This document shows positions 10,601 to 18,355 of a stretch of DNA of 30,672 nt, in pieces. The translations under genes were made by a program, and so were the position numbers. Every line of letters starts with the position of its first letter. The first letter of the stretch is position 1. The notes below the pieces were generated by a model, which had not been told where the DNA came from, searched no databases, and was given only the letters and a program-made list of their open reading frames with translations. The DNA is from Synechococcus sp. (GTDB taxonomy: Bacteria > Cyanobacteriota > Cyanobacteriia > Thermostichales > PCC-7336), in the NCBI GenBank assembly GCA_051439425.1, contig JBFRWD010000049.1:1-30672 (forward strand), given 5' to 3'.

Positions 10601-11240
10601 GGACAACCCACGCTTGCCGTCGTCGCCCCTCTTTTTTTTGCAGAGCCAGCAGAAGAAATACCACAGTACCCAGCAGGGTTCTCAGGCCAAACGCATCGGG
10701 GTTCGCAAACACCCCACGGATTCCGGTCGAGTCTTGACTGACATCGCCCATAACCCAGAAGGCAATGGTGAAGAGGATTGACAACCCTAACAGCCCTACA
10801 AGGGTGTATCCCAACAGGCGTAGGAGGGCCGGTAGCGAAAACCTCAAGCCGAGATAAATGCCAAATAAACTGGCCTGTAATACAGAGAAACCACCCCACA
10901 GCGTTATAGCAGGATAGTCCGACCACAACGCTGACAGCATTGGGAAGAGAGCCATAACCCATAAAAGGCTCTCCTTCGGGAGGAATACCAGGAGTTGAAC
11001 GCGATACCTTGTAAGCAGTAAACCGGTCAAGATCGCATAACTTGCCAGGAATAGTAGCTGGGTAACGAGGTCGGATGCGTTCCCCAGCACCACTCCGAAT
11101 ATGGCGTCGAAATAGAGAATCAAGGAAGTAACTGTAAATACTTGCTCCAAGGAGGCCGCTCGGCCACTACGATTGGCTAGGTTGATCGCATTGTGTATCC
11201 ATGCTTGAACGGAAACCATGTGAGCTATCCCGACTATCAC
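7614..11240 (-). CDS. Multidomain membrane protein: O-antigen ligase/ExoQ-like domain + acidic linker + MshEN-like motifs + STAS domain
   Basis: Uninterrupted 1208-aa ORF. N-terminal ~425 aa multi-TM (SALWSDYP, RGVFAN, LLGYGYQSFW, HLHSGILE); D/E/S-rich middle; RIGEYLQDAQLVT...LGVALAEQGLIRQTTADYF; C-terminal VVTLWGRL..NIVMDMSLVTSAD..LGAIV. Start is GTG 11240 or ATG 11219. Confidence 0.85.
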   Translation of the reverse strand: MIVGIAHMVSVQAWIHNAINLANRSGRAASLEQVFTVTSLILYFDAIFGVVLGNASDLVTQLLFLASYAILTGLLLTRYRVQLLVFLPKESLLWVMALFPMLSALWSDYPAITLWGGFSVLQASLFGIYLGLRFSLPALLRLLGYTLVGLLGLSILFTIAFWVMGDVSQDSTGIRGVFANPDAFGLRTLLGTVVFLLLALQKKEGRRRQAWVVLCVVSIICVFLSGSSVAQECALVVLAAAPAIAVPRWRKGRAGTIFLFAVTPIFAFTLYALAVNANSLLGVFKFDSPLSSEIAADPEVFTAIKQQFLLGYGYQSFWNGSLDIPSETLSQIASTAADTHLHSGILESMLNVGFIGTLCVCICLWSATLNFSRAIGTRRSPLYFFPILFFCLFLFSNFSEHPLYAHDNIFWVLFVSVLTLAVARGPQKVRLQDMQQVRSPTLSPIPSMDSWRPTDIRVRAQPNAASEATDFQTQSDMDFTVPTFKGLGTSTASEGVNEPGSRALEADRNQERDSINLLDTDSTSTAFVEEYKSLDTLGFGDDRDRDVDDKQQTVDSISDSAGERVTESADDANLVNLTANIEVDERQTEEPLEEAIASSSFNPEGYADESDFCLADIDLALSNAAEPADDILSVEDVAPQDSLENFDVELDGDRLGDEDTVPSEIPISESKASGTTVSESSGEDEISGTLSLPTDAYASLVTAYLFSGTTDSDSFLESDSPAIKEIVDEVLERQPELESIGTTDNATLEPVSIEVPSESEVGSTIEPALEWMGTNSNLDTDLALDDNITLGVNRALEVDSVLELNSDLESSSDRDELSEADTEPSLDLQPELALWSDLESEDVRQPDAEFKPLSSETVANSAINLRTADNVRELLMVTHWLNTLNSDSTDLDRMGSGKVSDMVTGTRKSSAQPTSDPSSINASRPIPNRTVPSLLVNESLLKVHGLKFEVDANAPIFRRLEAAELLSVAQLACVQTLWQDNGGAIATILQQETGLGMRTINFFSDSLWSRHLAERKRIGEYLQDAQLVTSRQVQLTLNSLQQEQKLMPLGVALAEQGLIRQTTADYFARSLVQRAKSVANTESPLERPLLLPMNIEFAETRGGCSICVVTLWGRLERRPHKQLRQELFDIAEQLSPNIVMDMSLVTSADMLALGAIVATANHCRALRGQLCWSGLTADVQTFLRSQSIQLGLRRFPNRRTAVENFPIL

Positions 11241-11963
11241 CCAAGACTTGTCTCCAAGTTGGTTGTGCTGTTGCGGCTCTTTGCGATGCGACTAGAAGTA
11301 GCTCATATCAGCGTTGCACTATTGCAGGAATTTAAGGACCTGGAACCAAGGCTCGATCCGGTTTCGGCTGAGAGTTAGAAATCGCTACGCCAGTCGCATT
11401 GACGGATGACACGCATAAAACAGGTGCACGGCATCAGACCTGGAGCAAGCCATCAGGGTTTCTACCCATATTCGTATAATTGTAATCCTAAGAGGCGCCT
11501 GCATATACTTAGGATTTACGTAGGCTGTAAGACATTTCTTACAGTGAAAAGAAAATACTCGCTCTGCTAAATCATTGTGCTGGTGCTGGCATCAGGACTA
11601 GAGAATCTAAGAGCTAATTTCTAAAGTAGAACCGAAGAGAGTTTCCAACCTGCCGTTTGGTGGCAATGCTCTGGAGATGGGCTTGGGTGTGCTTGCTGAC
11701 AAGTCGTAGAGGAAGAGTGCCTTGCAGCCAAAGCTTAAGCTTTTTCACCTTTAATGAGGCTTGCAGCAGTTTTGTGCAATCGTTAGCTTTACAAAATTCG
11801 TCAGGAGTTGGCACTGCGGACTCGAAAATGGACTCGTTTTTCTGGTTGCAGACAACCACTTTGCGGCCATTCCGTAGCAACCCTATGGCGATAGGGCGAT
11901 CTCACCTGGTGCGAACAACCTTGCACTACGAGGCTGAAAAACTGGAACCCTTATAAAAATGGA

Positions 11964-12035
11964 TGGCACAGACGTGATTTGAACACGTGACCAAGGGCTT
12001 ATGAGTCCCCTGCTCTACCACTGAGCTACTGTGCC
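11964..12035 (-). tRNA. trnM: tRNA with CAT anticodon, most likely elongator tRNA-Met
   Basis: GGCACAGTAGCTCAGTGGTAGAGCAGGGGACTCATAAGCCCTTGGTCACGTGTTCAAATCACGTCTGTGCCA folds into a cloverleaf: acceptor GGCACAG/CTGTGCC, T-loop TTCAAAT, G1-C72 paired so not initiator. CCA is not encoded directly after the discriminator. Ile2 identity not fully excluded. Confidence 0.93.
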
Positions 12036-12832
12036 TAACATGTCCCGGTGCATGCAGCATTTGCAGGACGGCTACTAAACTACCACCTTGGTGCGATCGC
12101 TGCCAACTATTTTTTGGAACAGTTGACTAGCAAATTTTCAGCGGGTTCAGAAACCAATTAGTATTTCAGGCGGAACATCACAGTCTGGACTTTGACGGTG
12201 TTTCTCCACGCCCAGTATTTATTTCTACTGCATAGCCAAGCTTGCGATGAGTCAGTGTCACCAAGCTGCATATTCTTGCAGCAAGCTAGATGAAGATAAC
12301 TAACTCATTGTTCCAACGTTGACAGAACATGAGCTGGAGAGGGCTTCCGTGCTTTCGCGACAAGGAAAAATACGGGAGAATTCTGCCTGACGCTCAGTCG
12401 AAGACTATATGACAATGCGTCCCAACGACAGAAAGATCGAACAGTTGGCGATCGCAAGATTTGTAGGGCTCTGGGATTTCATACAGATTTAAAGGGGGGC
12501 GATCAAATTCTCCCGAATACAGTGTATTCACCACTGAACCCACTGCTTTGAGCGCCCAAGTTTGGGCAGAGTTAATGAGGGCTGCTCCTTCAAGATAGTG
12601 GATGTATTCTGTTGCTAGAAGAGTTTAAGTGTCATCACACTCAGTGATAGTGTTTCTGAGTTGCTAGACTCGATCGCTGTCAGGCCCTGTTGGGTAAGAC
12701 GTATACTGCACTCTCAGATGTCGATTTCTTGAAACGTGGCTGTGGCTCTGTACTCCTTGATAGAGTTTATACCTACGGTTCATTCTCTGTTCATTGGTTT
12801 TCCTGTCTGCATCGAACGGTGCCCTTTCCAAG

Positions 12833-13195
12833 ATGGCTAACAGCTCTAGCGACACTTCAAAAGCAAACTGCCGACATGTTTTAGCGGTAGAGGACTGCGA
12901 TGGAGTTCGGGAGCATGCCCTCAGCAATCCGAAGTACTTTATTGGTCGGGATATTGCGAATGATATCTGCTTAAATTCTGAGTTTGCGTCCCGCTACCAC
13001 GCCCTTTTGTTGCGGGTGCCTACTCCTCAGAATGGGGAGTATCGATATCGGATTTTAGATGGTGACGTAGAGGGAAAGCCCAGCACAAACGGACTAACTG
13101 TGAATGGCGAAAAAGTCAGTGCACATCAGCTAAGCGAAGGTGATGTCATCACCTTCGGTCCCGATGCCAAAGCCATCTATCACATTATGCAGTAA
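12833..13195 (+). CDS. Stand-alone FHA domain protein
   Basis: IGRD, FASRYHA, DGD..GKPSTNGL.VNG, LSEGDVITFG conserved FHA motifs; ATG 12833 chosen as start. Confidence 0.92.
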   Translation: MANSSSDTSKANCRHVLAVEDCDGVREHALSNPKYFIGRDIANDICLNSEFASRYHALLLRVPTPQNGEYRYRILDGDVEGKPSTNGLTVNGEKVSAHQLSEGDVITFGPDAKAIYHIMQ

Positions 13196-13275
13196 GCCTA
13201 GTTCGTTGGAGCGCTGGTTATTCAGCAACTTTGCTCATAGCTTTGAACTTGGTCTCCAGCCTCACCATGGCACGA

Positions 13276-13860
13276 CTACTGTGATGGGGGAGGAGTAAAT
13301 CCTTCTGGCCACTGAGTGGTGTCATCGTAGGTGATTGCCATCAGATAAGCATTCGTCAGATTTGCAGTTCGTAGATCTGCACCTGATAGGTTAGCTCTGA
13401 CCAGGCTTACCCCCTTTAAATTGGCCTCTGAGAAATTTGTATTGGTCAAGTCTGCATCGTAGAGCCTAGAACCGCTAAAGTCAGTTCCTATTAGATTGGC
13501 TTCCCTGAAATTCGATCGAGCTAGGTACCCATTGATGAAAACAGCTCCAGAGAGGTCGGCACCAATCAAGTTTGCTTGGCGAAGAAATGCGCCATTAAAG
13601 TTGGCATCAGTCAAATCTGTCTTGCTTAGGTTCGTGCCTTGAAGCGTTGCTCCGATAAAACTTGCTCCGCTCATTTGGCAGCGATAGCATGTACCATTCT
13701 CAGACAAGTAAAGCAAGGCTTCATCAATGCTCAACTGACTGAGATCTGGGTTCGCAGTCTCTTCTATAGCAGTAGTTTCAGCCCCTACTAACTGGCCACT
13801 CACTGTAAATGCGGTGACCATACAGACGGCAGAAAATGATGCAATCTTAAAAACCTTCAC
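13276..13860 (-). CDS. Exported pentapeptide-repeat protein
   Basis: Signal-peptide-like N-terminus, CYRC motif, tandem A(N/D)LxG-type repeats, YDDTTQWPEGF tail; AGGAGG upstream of GTG. Confidence 0.92.
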   Translation of the reverse strand: MKVFKIASFSAVCMVTAFTVSGQLVGAETTAIEETANPDLSQLSIDEALLYLSENGTCYRCQMSGASFIGATLQGTNLSKTDLTDANFNGAFLRQANLIGADLSGAVFINGYLARSNFREANLIGTDFSGSRLYDADLTNTNFSEANLKGVSLVRANLSGADLRTANLTNAYLMAITYDDTTQWPEGFTPPPSQ

Positions 13861-14313
13861 GTTCAGCCCTCCTTTTTCTCAAAGATTCACGGCGCATTGA
13901 CACCAGTGCAAGAAGCAAAATATTTTTCAAACTATGCGGAGAATAAAAAAACAGGAAAAACGATTTTTCATCCACTTAAGTATTTACCACTATGTAACGA
14001 CAAAAAGGGTGTCAAAAAAAACAAATTACAAATTCGCTTTGGGGTCAGTATGAAACGGCGCAGGCAGCCAAAAGCTTATACTCTGCCATAGAGGGAAATT
14101 GGCTCAAGACTCGAAATATTGAAGCTTATCCACGACTTGAGTATCAAACTTGACGCACACACCAGAATTAAATTCTCTGTGCCGTGTCAGACAGGGTTTG
14201 TACGGACAATCGTTTGTTGTGATTGTAACGATGAACGGTTGGCTTAAGTGAATATAGCATGTATCACAGAGCCAAAATGTGTCTGCTCACTGGGGGGCCA
14301 GTACTACCCAATT

Positions 14314-14853
14314 ATGGACTGGATCGAGATCGTCAATTTTTGGTTCCACGAAATTAACCCCAAGCAGTGGTGGAGAAAAGATCCAGCGTTCGACTCCCTG
14401 CTGAATGAAAGATTTTGGACGGTGCATCAACGCGCTTCTCGGTGCGAATTGTATGCTTGGAGGAATTCTCCTTTAGGGCGCTTGGCAGAGATTATCGTTC
14501 TCGATCAGTTCTCTAGAAATATGTATCGAGGTACCACAAGAGCATTTGAAAATGACCCTTTAGCATTGGCTTTGGCCCAAGAGGCGATTTCAAGCAATGT
14601 TGACGAAGAATTGTCGCAGGCCGAACGAGGGATGTTGTACATGCCATTCATGCATAGTGAATCGTTGAGTATTCACGAGATTGCTGTCGATTTGTTCAGA
14701 AAAAACGGAATTCTATCTAACTACCAGTACGAGCTCAAACATAAGGCTGTGATCGAACAGTTTGGGCGTTACCCTCATCGTAATGACATTTTGGGACGGC
14801 AATCTACTCCGGAAGAACTTGAGTTTTTACGGCAACCGGGATCGAGATTTTAA
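14314..14853 (+). CDS. DUF924-family protein
   Basis: FWF..WW.KDPAFD, LAEIIVLDQFSRNMYRG, YMPFMHSE, IEQFGRYPHRNDILGRQSTPEE; start at ATG 14314. Confidence 0.93.
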   Translation: MDWIEIVNFWFHEINPKQWWRKDPAFDSLLNERFWTVHQRASRCELYAWRNSPLGRLAEIIVLDQFSRNMYRGTTRAFENDPLALALAQEAISSNVDEELSQAERGMLYMPFMHSESLSIHEIAVDLFRKNGILSNYQYELKHKAVIEQFGRYPHRNDILGRQSTPEELEFLRQPGSRF

Positions 14854-14867
14854 CTCAAGGTTTGGGG

Positions 14868-16604
14868 CTACCAACCCTTGCCGGGGGGTGGTGATTGGCG
14901 TATCGGCACGGTAATCGTTACTGTCGTGCCATCGCCAGAACAGCTCTGAATGTGCAACTGTCCATCCATGGCATCAATGGCTTGTTTGGCAATAGCCAAG
15001 CCTAGACCGGTTCCGGGAATGTGATAAACGTTGTGCCCGCGCACAAACGGCTGTACCACTTCACTCACCTCCTGTTCGGGGATTCCCAGTCCTTTATCGC
15101 TAACCACGAACTCGATGCAATCGTTAGTTCGACAATCGATGGAAAAGACGATGGGTGGTAGTTCGGGATGATTGCCACTGTATTTGACGGCATTGCGCAA
15201 AATGGGTTCTAACGCGACCTGTACGAGATAGCTATCAAGGTAGACAGTACCGCACGTGCCGTAGAATTTTAGGTCTATGCAAGTATGTCTGACTTCGCGA
15301 CAGCGACTGACCAGATCGGCACACAGTTGTGGGAGATTCACTGGGGCGAGTCTAGGCGCTAGGCTGCTTGAATCTAGATGGCGTAAGCTGACGATGCGAT
15401 CGAAGGTGTGAGCTAACCGACCAATTGCCTGCTCCATCACCTCTGTGTATCCCTTGAGCTGGGTGGGGTGGAGGGTGGTTCCATAGTCTGATAGCAGCGT
15501 TATGGCCTGTTTTAAGTTGGTAAGCGGACCGGTCATGCTGTTGGAAATGGTTTTGACAGTTTCGTCACGCTGCAGGCGAATTTGTTCTTGCTGTTCTTGT
15601 TGTCGAACTTGCCAAACAAGGCGTTCGCGCTCTGTACGTAACTCGCGATCGCGCAATTCTCCCCGAGTCTTTTCTGCCCGCTGATGATTGGCAACGGATA
15701 GCCCTACGGCAGTAGCAGCAGCGATGCCCCCAAGTCCAACCAGCCAAGCCGACACTAGGAGGTAAAAACTGTGACGCTCGAAGTCTTGATGCGGGATGGC
15801 TAATCCCAGTACCCAGGCTGCTTCTCTCAGGCGCGAGTGGGCCACGTACATATTGCGTCCGCCCACGACCATGGGAGAGATCCCTTGGTTGGAACTGTTC
15901 ATGACCCTAGCCAGTTCATGCCATTGTTCGGAGTCGGGAGCGGTCCAGCCATCTAAGTGCTCTGATGAAATACGTTCGGGGGTAAATAGTGGATGGCCGC
16001 TTTCGTCCAACATGAACCAGTAGCTGCGTAATTCTCCCCCGATAGATGGCAATGATGGAGTCAACAATTCGAGAGAGAGAGGGTCTATCCATTGGCACTC
16101 GTCTGGTGGCCCGTACTTCGGTCGTAACTGCGTGGGGAGTTTGTTGATGTCAACCGGAAGAGCGAACTGATGAGCATTCAGCTCTTTAGTTATGAACGGT
16201 ATGAATGTCTCGATTGGCAACACCTGATTCGCTATTGATGGGGTAGAGCGAGAAAAGCCTCTCTGTAATTGGGCCAAACGATTATCGGGAAATTGTTCTT
16301 CTAGCGGTAGTTGTTGAGGCAGGCAGACCTGGCCTTTCTCATCCAACGGCAAGTCCATGTCCGCCCTGAGCAGTGCGATCGAGCGATCTAATCTCGATGC
16401 CGCCAATTCAGCTTCGGCAAGTGCGTACTTCTGGGCAAAGGATTGAGATGCTTGAAAGGCATACTTGAAACTCAATCCGATAGGTATTACGAGCCCCAAC
16501 AAAACTGCGGCTGTTGCGCATGTGGCAGGCTGCTTGCGGAACCGTTCCCGAGCTTTAGCCATCGGTACGGCCATCGACATTCGTAGCCGTTCGAACACTG
16601 CCAC
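14868..16604 (-). CDS. Membrane sensor histidine-kinase-like protein (Cache-like sensor, degenerate H-box, HATPase)
   Basis: Two TM segments around a Cache-like region (YWFMLDESGHPL..MYVAHSRL..WVLGLAIP); N box LRNAVKYS, G1 DKGLGIP, F box PFVRG, G2 GTGLGLAI; AGGAG 6 nt upstream of GTG. Confidence 0.9.
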   Translation of the reverse strand: MAVFERLRMSMAVPMAKARERFRKQPATCATAAVLLGLVIPIGLSFKYAFQASQSFAQKYALAEAELAASRLDRSIALLRADMDLPLDEKGQVCLPQQLPLEEQFPDNRLAQLQRGFSRSTPSIANQVLPIETFIPFITKELNAHQFALPVDINKLPTQLRPKYGPPDECQWIDPLSLELLTPSLPSIGGELRSYWFMLDESGHPLFTPERISSEHLDGWTAPDSEQWHELARVMNSSNQGISPMVVGGRNMYVAHSRLREAAWVLGLAIPHQDFERHSFYLLVSAWLVGLGGIAAATAVGLSVANHQRAEKTRGELRDRELRTERERLVWQVRQQEQQEQIRLQRDETVKTISNSMTGPLTNLKQAITLLSDYGTTLHPTQLKGYTEVMEQAIGRLAHTFDRIVSLRHLDSSSLAPRLAPVNLPQLCADLVSRCREVRHTCIDLKFYGTCGTVYLDSYLVQVALEPILRNAVKYSGNHPELPPIVFSIDCRTNDCIEFVVSDKGLGIPEQEVSEVVQPFVRGHNVYHIPGTGLGLAIAKQAIDAMDGQLHIQSCSGDGTTVTITVPIRQSPPPGKGW

Positions 16605-16704
16605 CCATCAACTCCTTACAAACTGAGGACGTAAGTGGTAAGTAGATGCCAAGAGGTTCTCAATGAATACCACGATACTTACGCACAATGAATCCGTGTG
16701 TCTC

Positions 16705-16733
16705 AAAAACTAGCACATACTTGCTGTGCTAGT
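16705..16733 (-). terminator. Putative intrinsic terminator (minus strand) between gshB and the kinase gene
   Basis: Minus strand reads ACTAGCACA-gcaagta-TGTGCTAGT-TTTT: 9-bp stem followed by a T run. Confidence 0.55.
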
Positions 16734-16872
16734 CGATATAATTTTACTCACTCCTGGGCAAGATAAGGTGATCTAAGTACAGTCTTCTGCTGGAACTTCA
16801 CCGTAAAACCTGAGTTAGATAGCCTTTCGTTTCGGTCAAGAGGATTGCTCTGATGTGGCATAAAGAGTAACT

Positions 16873-16979
16873 GCTATGGCGCTAGGCAATCCGCTATAGA
16901 GAATTCTCCAATCATTTCTTCTTGCAGATTAAGGCTTTGAGCTGTCTCCCTACACTAGACCTTACAGCGGATTGCTATA
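16873..16979 (-). repeat. ~105-bp dispersed repeat, copy B
   Basis: Reverse complement reads TATAGCAATCCGCTGTAAGGTCTAGTGTAGGGAGACAGCTCA...TCTCTATAGCGGATTGCCTAGCGCCATAGC; internal inverted repeat GCAATCCGCT/AGCGGATTGC. Confidence 0.82.
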
Positions 16980-17061
16980 TCGAACCTCGGGACTGTTACG
17001 TGCGGACCCGACCTGGCAAATCATTGATGGAGCAATTAGAACAATTTGAGTAAGGGGTCTT

Positions 17062-18000
17062 TTAAGACGCCAGTCGTTTTTCTAGCCACTCTACAACTCT
17101 AGCTCCCAGGTTTTTCCCATTGAGCTGAGCGATTTCCTTCAGCATTGTTGGACTGGTGACGTTGACCTCGGTTAATCGCTCGCCAATCACATCAATGCCG
17201 ACAAAGTACAACTGGTTAGCTCGCAAAACAGGCCCAATCTCTGCACACATTTTCCGTTCGCGCTCGGTAATCTCTACCTTGGCAACACTGCCCCCAGCAG
17301 CAATATTCCCGCGAAAATCTCCTTGTCCTGGAATGCGATTGACTGCTCCTATGGGCTCACCATCCAGTAGCAGGATGCGTTTGTCGCCATCTTTGGCCGC
17401 CGGTAAATATTCCTGCACCATGACCGGGATCGCTCCAAAGCGTGTGCTCACTTCGATCAATGAGTTGAGATTGCGATCGCTAGCCTGCAGCACAAAAATG
17501 CCTTCGCCTCCTTTGCCATCTAAAGGCTTGAGTACGGCCCGGTCTCGGTTGGCCACAAAGTCCAAAATTGATTGCTTATCACGAGTAACAATCGTCTCGG
17601 GTGTCCAGTTGTGAAACTGAAGGGCAAACAATTTTTCATTGGCGATTAGCAATCTGGCAGGATCGTTGAGAACGAGCGTCTTTCCGCCTATCAATGACAG
17701 TAGCTGCGTTGCTGTTACATAAGCCTCATCGACGGGGGGATCTTTGCGCATCCATACGGCATCCATTGTGCTCAACGGTATGCGGTCCCGATCGATTACC
17801 TCATACCAGCTTGGCTGGCCGGGGAATAACTGGAGCTGTTGGACAGTCGCCCAAGTTCCGCCCGCCGCAACGAATACATCGGAGATCTCTAACGCAAAAA
17901 CATCGTGCCCCCTTTGTTGAAGTGCCTCCATCAATGCGACGCTGGTATCGTGGTGGGGCTGAAGGCGGTCGAGAGGATCGACAACAAAAGCTACGCGCAC
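17062..18000 (-). CDS. gshB: Glutathione synthetase
   Basis: HDTSVALMEA, WMRKDPPVD, NEKL, KPLDGKGGEG, GDKRILLLDG, DFRGNIAAGG, FVGIDVIG..LTEVNVTSPT. Confidence 0.97.
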   Translation of the reverse strand: MRVAFVVDPLDRLQPHHDTSVALMEALQQRGHDVFALEISDVFVAAGGTWATVQQLQLFPGQPSWYEVIDRDRIPLSTMDAVWMRKDPPVDEAYVTATQLLSLIGGKTLVLNDPARLLIANEKLFALQFHNWTPETIVTRDKQSILDFVANRDRAVLKPLDGKGGEGIFVLQASDRNLNSLIEVSTRFGAIPVMVQEYLPAAKDGDKRILLLDGEPIGAVNRIPGQGDFRGNIAAGGSVAKVEITERERKMCAEIGPVLRANQLYFVGIDVIGERLTEVNVTSPTMLKEIAQLNGKNLGARVVEWLEKRLAS

Positions 18001-18003
18001 AAA

Positions 18004-18267
18004 CTAGGCCAACTGCAACAACGAATCGAGCTTACCGTCTTGTTCGAGAGCGTGGATGTCGTCACACCCTCCAACGTGAACGTTATCGATGAAGATTTGG
18101 GGGAGCGATCGCCGCCCGTTTGCCCGTTCAGCCATTTTTGCCCGAGCGGAATTATCTCCATCAATTTTGTATTCGGTGTAGGAAACGCCTTTATCTTCGA
18201 GCAATTGCTTCGCTCGAACGCAGTAGGGGCACATTTGCCAGGTATAGATTTCGACAGTTGCCGACAT
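18004..18267 (-). CDS. grxC: Glutaredoxin 3
   Basis: VEIYTWQMCPYCVRAK, GRRSLPQIFI, GGCDD; 3 bp upstream of gshB, the usual cyanobacterial grxC-gshB pair. Confidence 0.96.
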   Translation of the reverse strand: MSATVEIYTWQMCPYCVRAKQLLEDKGVSYTEYKIDGDNSARAKMAERANGRRSLPQIFIDNVHVGGCDDIHALEQDGKLDSLLQLA

Positions 18268-18355
18268 AAGCTCGCTATTCCACTCTGCGCGAGAATTATA
18301 ACTTATGTAAAGACTCCTCTGGCTTAAAGCACAGGAACAGATTGCTCGGATGTCC

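Noticed and set aside
11525..11544. NtcA box
   Set aside because: Spacing is GTA-N10-TAC, not GTA-N8-TAC.
11614..11956. Overlapping 88-aa and 99-aa ORFs
   Set aside because: TTG starts, no recognisable motif, opposite-strand overlap; not supported as genes.
11241..12035. tRNA-Met as integration site of an island
   Set aside because: No integrase and no duplicated tRNA 3' end noticed in the window.
13897..14091. 64-aa Lys-rich ORF
   Set aside because: Falls in AT-rich divergent promoter DNA; composition reflects A-tracts; TTG start.
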